Source: Bigelowiella natans CCMP2755
Taxonomy: Eukaryota; Protista; Cercozoa
DNA: 64,000 bases
Assembly: GCA_000320545.1 (NCBI GenBank)
Contig: ADNK01000555.1
Coordinates: forward strand, 33,335 to 97,334
Reading direction: 5' to 3'
Below the pieces are notes generated by a model. It was not told where the DNA came from. It worked only from the letters and a program-made list of their open reading frames with translations, and did not search any database. Below, one piece after another: positions 63,901-64,000 of the stretch. The translations under genes were made by a program, and so were the position numbers. Each line of letters begins with the position of its first letter. Positions within the stretch are counted from its first letter, which is position 1.

Positions 63901-64000
63901 CAGGGCATACACACATGATGGGATGGCGTCTGTGTTGTGGGTGTTTGTGTTTGTGTATGTGGATGATGACATAATATGTACCAACACAGTCGTCGCTCAG
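60927..64000 (+). mobile_element. Ty3/Gypsy LTR retrotransposon, copy 2 (5' part, truncated by the window edge)
   Basis: 5' LTR at 60927-61252, the same leader, and gag-pol from ATG 61292. Reverse-complement near-identical to copy 1. Confidence 0.96.
61292..64000 (+). CDS. Gag-Pol polyprotein of copy 2 (partial, open to the edge, through RT YVDD)
   Basis: MSQQLEEQQDFGSQ start, same frame as copy 1. YVDD at about 63956-63967. Absent from the ORF track, presumably because it has no stop in the window. Confidence 0.95.
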   Translation, partial: MSQQLEEQQDFGSQAVQGHEQKQERKGDTDAKEGGGTPPQAPPGPAPGIKKADAAAEALENFYEADDEDVAAESKKVVMALRALRPRASNYAKLKVSIEYKYQTHDVWAAIMQDIMDYEADLPPEWAALFRNDGGLGASRGTTQSTVKQQQPVQRNTQFMSVKTAPVMITKYNGKRGEARRWWKNARSILCDFTPNPTENDKLKWLAIIKQAMDLYETGRTRIRQLEKIHTTVSGLRDVEAIMKAFVNEQDANSLPQAIRKYRAMMQHEREPVRDFATRFQDMIDELHDFNYNTGDDQARFEEFKLKIKESTYVTEKGYTTMEAAVQAISLREQEQDRKFTSPKVPGIGNINAIKPQRDWYKDREGNRRCGYCSRKGKHTAKDCRDRKEGRPRMTIRQLNEHYEKLKRKKGRGQGYNNSKWQGSNNGKNNKYKNKKQNSINAIQQQINGILDHLKQAPTKTAVPATQDQDKPMTLDDIKNLGVCNINDEDANRTIKVAMTKVKVKDSYGDYKKLPALWDSGSMPKSFISLSTVRRLGLLDQVTKKERKYAQADGSSSMKTVGELMLKLQIPGSDAETQIKTRVAMTLSMELLLGQDALEKLGGIISFYNHKIYFAKLPKKSGRTISQNMIRLDEWTSESSVNALEFMDLADNKLPTPTELRKKNPGKTIRQITELLDKTPPADDWDIDKGKKYINKILNEKYSDITKPTTKPSSKLTPVKIELKKGYEECIINDPEHRRPEADWEKIEWQINEWAKEGKIEPSNSPWNVRHVLAKKPTYPFFRLAHNFIRHNRVIKRIQTPTPRIDDVIEHVIGYKYYSSLDKNESYMQTPIHKTSRPITAFSSRHRKWHFVVFPYGLSISGDAFSSQNYRAYTHDGMASVLWVFVFVYVDDDIICTNTVVAQ

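Noticed and set aside
1-64000. CRISPR arrays, rRNA, tRNA genes, telomeric repeats, prokaryotic operons
   Set aside because: No repeat-spacer periodicity or recognisable structural RNA gene seen. The only tRNA-like string is the retroelement PBS.

Overview
Intron-rich, microsatellite-rich eukaryotic nuclear DNA, probably from an alga with a secondary plastid such as a chlorarachniophyte. That assignment is inferred from signal-plus-transit-type leaders and is not proven. About 12 spliced host genes can be read by hand: a secreted Cys-rich/Ig-like protein, a signal-peptide multi-PDZ protein, a Golgi-type sulfotransferase, an OSTF1-like ankyrin protein, CHCHD2/Mix17, UBLCP1, a MOV10/SDE3-type helicase, a PLAC8 protein, a histidine-phosphatase-FYVE fusion, a plastid-type rubredoxin and two weak small ORFs. 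There are two near-identical, very young Ty3/Gypsy LTR retrotransposons in divergent orientation: a complete one at 39698-45413 and one running off the right edge from 60927. Two linked signals stand out. (1) Several intergenic islands have lost almost every TpA dinucleotide except in CTAG/TAG context while keeping CpG, which suggests a two-strand A-to-G hypermutation process (target about 5'-TAH-3'). (2) Both retrotransposons sit inside such islands, and the complete copy has a D(27)E integrase core followed by a C-terminal domain resembling a degenerate Dam/DIRS-type N6-adenine methyltransferase, where chromoviruses carry a chromodomain. Exon boundaries and dinucleotide counts were done by eye and need computational confirmation.
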